Below are positions 60,564-64,000 of a stretch of DNA of 64,000 bases, piece after piece. How positions within the stretch are numbered: the first letter of the stretch is position 1; every line of letters begins with the position of its first letter. Origin of the DNA: the human T2T-CHM13v2.0 reference genome, Homo sapiens; assembly GCF_009914755.1 (NCBI RefSeq), contig NC_060928.1; one strand, 5' to 3'. Below the pieces are notes generated by a model that had not been told where the DNA came from, did no database searches, and was given only the letters and a program-made list of their open reading frames with translations. Position numbers and translations under genes: made by a program.

Positions 60564-61239
60564 TGAGTTCCCACGCTGCAGATGAGGAAACTGAGGCTCA
60601 GGGAGGATGAGGCCATACTGCTCAGAAGAGAAGGTGCAGAATCAACCCAGGCCTGAATGGCTCCTCAGCCGGAACCCTTTTCCTTCCTAGTGCCAGAGTT
60701 TTCTTCCAAGTATCGGGAGACACTCTTAACTTGGCTGTGGATTCTTTCCATCCTGATGTCCTCCATCTGGTTGAGGCTAGGGCCTACCTCCTCAGCCTCC
60801 TGTTGCAGGAGGCCTGCCAGGGTGGGCCACCCCTGGGGCCAGAGCAGCCAAGGGGCCCGGTTGGCTCCCTGCACTGGGGCTGCCTCTGGGAACAGCTTTC
60901 CAGAGTTGCAGGTGCTTCAGGAGGACAGGAGGCCAGGTGAGTGGCCCAGCATGATGCCCTGGCTGCAGGGTTGTCTCTGAGGATAAAGGGACCCTGTGCA
61001 GGTGATCAGGTAGGCAGGGCTCCGGGCTGCTTCGTGACCTTCAGCTGAGACTCTAGGACCAGCCCACACAAACCCCTTTCTCCTCTGGAGGGTTCTTCAC
61101 ACAGGGTGGGGCCAGTGCAGAGCTGGTCCTTCCCAGCTGAGAGCTTCTTAGCAGCAGGAGCTCAGGCTGCACTGACCAAGACCCCAAAGGCCTCCAGGGC
61201 TGCCAGACTGAAAGGTCAGGACACAGCCCCTGCCAGCAG

Positions 61240-61680
61240 CCTTTGCTGACATCCCACAGCCTCTAGGACAAATCCCAAATCACTTAGCCTGGCATTCCAG
61301 GTTTTTTAGGGGTTGCCCTGGCCATAGTCCACAACCTTGAACTTTGCTTCCCGCTGACCCCTTCCTCCTCCTTACCATCTGATAATCTCTTACTCATCCC
61401 TTCTTGTCAAACTCTGCTGTCCTTCAAAATTCTCTTGCTCTGGGGAGACCCAGGCTGGGTCAGGTGCCACCCAAGGGTCCCCCAGAGCCTGGAGCCTCCC
61501 TCAGCCTCAGTCATACCTGGAGGAGTCATGCCCAGTTTCTGGCCTGCCCTTGGCCCCCGGCCCGTGAACTCCCAGAAGACAGGGACAGATCTTATTTGCC
61601 CTGTAGTCACAGGTCCCAGCTCCATGGCACTGAGGGACCCTTCCGTGTTTCATTGAGGAATTAGTGGGAATGTGTTGCTG
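61240..61680 (+). mobile_element. L2 relic
   Basis: TAGGACAAATCCCAAATCACTTAGCCTGGCATTCCAGG...GTGAACTCCCAGAAGACAGGGAC. Confidence 0.7.
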
Positions 61681-61775
61681 CTGAGGGCATGTGTGATTTC
61701 TAAGTGTGTGGATAATATTGCCAGCTGTAATACTTTCCTACCTCTCTGCTATTCTAAGGAATTCCATGCTCATGA

Positions 61776-62022
61776 TCTCTCTCTCTCTCTCTCTCTCCCC
61801 CTCCCTCTCCCTCCCTCCCTCCCTCCCCCTCTCTCTCCCTCCCCCTCTCTCTCCCTCTCTCTCCCTCTCTCTCCCTCTCTCTCCCTCTCTCTCCCTCTCT
61901 CCCCCTCTCTCCCTTCCTCCCTCCCTCCCTCTCTCCCTCCCTCCCTCCCTCTCTCCCTCCCTCCCCTTTTCTCTCTCTCCTTTTCTCTGTCTCTCTCTTC
62001 CCTCCACATTTCCTCCCTCCTC
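61776..62022. repeat. CT-rich polypyrimidine tract, about 245 bp
   Basis: Almost only C/T; (CT)n, (CCCT)n and (CTCTCC)n units. Confidence 0.95.
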
Positions 62023-62382
62023 CTGGAAAGATAATTTCTACTGGGATTTTACAAAACTAAGATGCTCCAAGGCAGGAAAACAAAATTAAATCCAGTCATG
62101 ATGGTGAGGCCTCCAGATGGAGTGCTTGATCTAGGCTTTTCTTCCTGAGTGATTTTCTGATTTTCAAAGCATTTCGTGCTCTCACAGAAAATGTAAAAGT
62201 GACAGGAAAGTGTAAAGACACAGAAAAACAACCAACCACTCCTAGCTCCATCAGCCATTGGTGACCATGACTGGTGGCCTGGCATCAGGATCCGGTGCTT
62301 CTATACCTTGTTCAGAGGTCCCAGTGTTCTCAGTGGTTTCCGCTAAACAATCCACAGTGGGATTTTTCCTTGGGACATCTGC

Positions 62383-62632
62383 TTTTCTTTCTCTCTCGCT
62401 CTTTCTCCCTCCCTCCCTCCCTCCCTCTCTCCCTCTCTCCTTTTTGTCTTGTCTTTTCTCTTTTCTTTTCTTTCTTAGATGGAATCTCGCTCTGTTGCCC
62501 AGGCTGGAGTACAGTGGCACGATCTCAGCTCACTGCAAACTCCATCTCCTGGATTCAAGTGATTCTCCTGTCAGCCTCCTGAGTGGCTGGGATTACAGGT
62601 GCACACCACCATGCCTGGCTAATTTTTGTATT

Positions 62633-62677
<45 letters not shown>

Positions 62678-62787
62678 GTACAGATGGGGTTTCACTATAT
62701 TGGTCAGGCTGGTCTCAAACTCCTGATCCACATGCCTTGGGCTCCCAAAGTGCTGGGATTCCAGGCATGAGCCACCATGCTGGGCTG
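62383..62787 (-). mobile_element. Alu (AluS-like) with CT-rich expanded tail and (TTTA)n linker
   Basis: TSD GACA(T/C)CTGCTTTT encloses the CT tract; (TTTA)n at about 62632-62675. Confidence 0.93.
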
Positions 62788-63229
62788 ACACCTGCTTTTT
62801 AATGGCCGCACAGGACTATGCTGTAGGGGAATAGAATCACGCACTTGCCGCCTTCCCGTTTTTGGAAGTTTCATTCATTTCCCTGTCTTTCCACCTTCCT
62901 CCTTTCTCTTTTCCGCCTGTCTATGAGCAATCATTTTTGTTAACATGCCAGATTGTTCCTTCCAGTTGCTTTCCTGCAGTCAGGGCTTGATAGCTGTGGG
63001 CTCCCCCAGCCCCTCCAAGGCTTCTAAGTGACCATGTGCGTGCAGCTCTGGGGAGTGGTGGAGGTGTCAGGAGGTTTCACAAGGGGACTTTGGTGTAGCC
63101 ACTCACAGCGGCCCCTGTCACCTCTCAATGACTCCAGGGGGAGACGATTTCACTTGCAGGGGAGCAGAGAGCATCTCTTCTGAGACATGAGCGCAGGGAA
63201 GCTTCGCCAGCCTGTATTACGGAAAGGCA

Positions 63230-64000
63230 GGCCATTCACTCATCTGCAAGGATGTACTGGGCACCCAGCGTGTACAAGAGAATGTGCTGGATACAGCAGA
63301 CTGTGGTGATCACACAAGGCTTGATTTCTTCACTTTGTTGAGCAGAGAGAAGACGTGGACAAAGTCAGATCTGATCAATACAACCACCCTGGCCCCCCAG
63401 GAGAAACAGCAAGCTTATTTTGTGAGATAAGTGAATTGTATCAATTACATCATATTGCAGTGCTATCACTGATGACAAATTCATTTCCACAGATATACAC
63501 CGACAGCTTGTTACATGCAACTGGGGAGGAAAAATGAGAAAAGCGGGAAAAGAACAATGGTTAACTGAGCTCATTTGATTTTATTTAAACTTGCTTTAGT
63601 ACTAAGCTTATTTCTTTTACACCTATTGAATGTAACCTTATTTAATTCTTACCCCACCCCTCGAAGATGGGTCTTCCTGCCCCTATTTTTCAGATAAGGA
63701 AACAATTAAGCCATTCACTTTAATTAAGCAGCAGTGGCATCTCAGCCTCTGCACTTCATCTCAGCCCAGCACTTCTGTTGGGGCTGAGATGGAAGTCTCG
63801 GAAGGTGCTCTGAGGAGGTGTGACTCTCCCTGGCTGACAGGGGAAGGCTTAGCAGAGCTTTGTCTTAGAGGAGTAGATGAAAAGGAAAGTACAGAGAGGG
63901 CATTCAGGCCAAGTCAGCAACACAGACAAAGTCAGGTAATGTGGGTTAAGTGCATGGGTGATGAGTAAAGGGGATGTGGCTAGATGGTGTGAGTGTGTGT
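63230..64000 (-). mobile_element. L2 and MIR relics
   Basis: CATTCACTCATC...TACTGGGCACC; CCCTATTTTTCAGATAAGGAAAC; GAGGAGGTGTGAC...AGGGCATTCAGGC. Confidence 0.55.

Noticed and set aside
60665-60874. 69-aa ORF with coiled-coil-like composition
   Set aside because: Short, no recognisable family, no splice support.
61672-62089. Leu/Ser/Pro and Glu/Arg/Gly repeat ORFs
   Set aside because: Translations of the CT-rich simple repeat.

Overview
Primate (human-like) non-coding genomic DNA, moderately GC-rich and dominated by interspersed repeats. I find no protein-coding exon, RNA gene or clear CpG-island promoter that I can support. The listed ORFs are Alu-, LTR-, L1- or low-complexity-derived, or look like chance ORFs. 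The window holds about 35 Alus, old L1 fragments (including nested L1s at 12.7-17.9 kb), many MIR/L2 relics, MaLR/ERVL LTRs (THE1D, MST, MLT1, MLT2) and two DNA transposons (MER45C-like, Tigger2a). It also has a dense set of MER4-group ERV1 LTRs, including a ~10 kb 5'-truncated minus-strand provirus (47.6-57.7 kb). The most notable observations are: (1) a non-Alu 64-bp near-perfect inverted repeat 825 bp apart; (2) a decayed class III (ERV-L/Fv1-like) Gag relic inside the MER4-LTR provirus; (3) a zero-spacer tail-to-tail Alu palindrome with a deleted arm; (4) two different Alus inserted at the same nick site; (5) a 69-bp VNTR; (6) a strong CTCF-like motif. Subfamily names come from recalled consensus sequences, not a search, and boundaries of old repeats are approximate. 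I cannot assign the locus, and I see no evidence of a new gene system.
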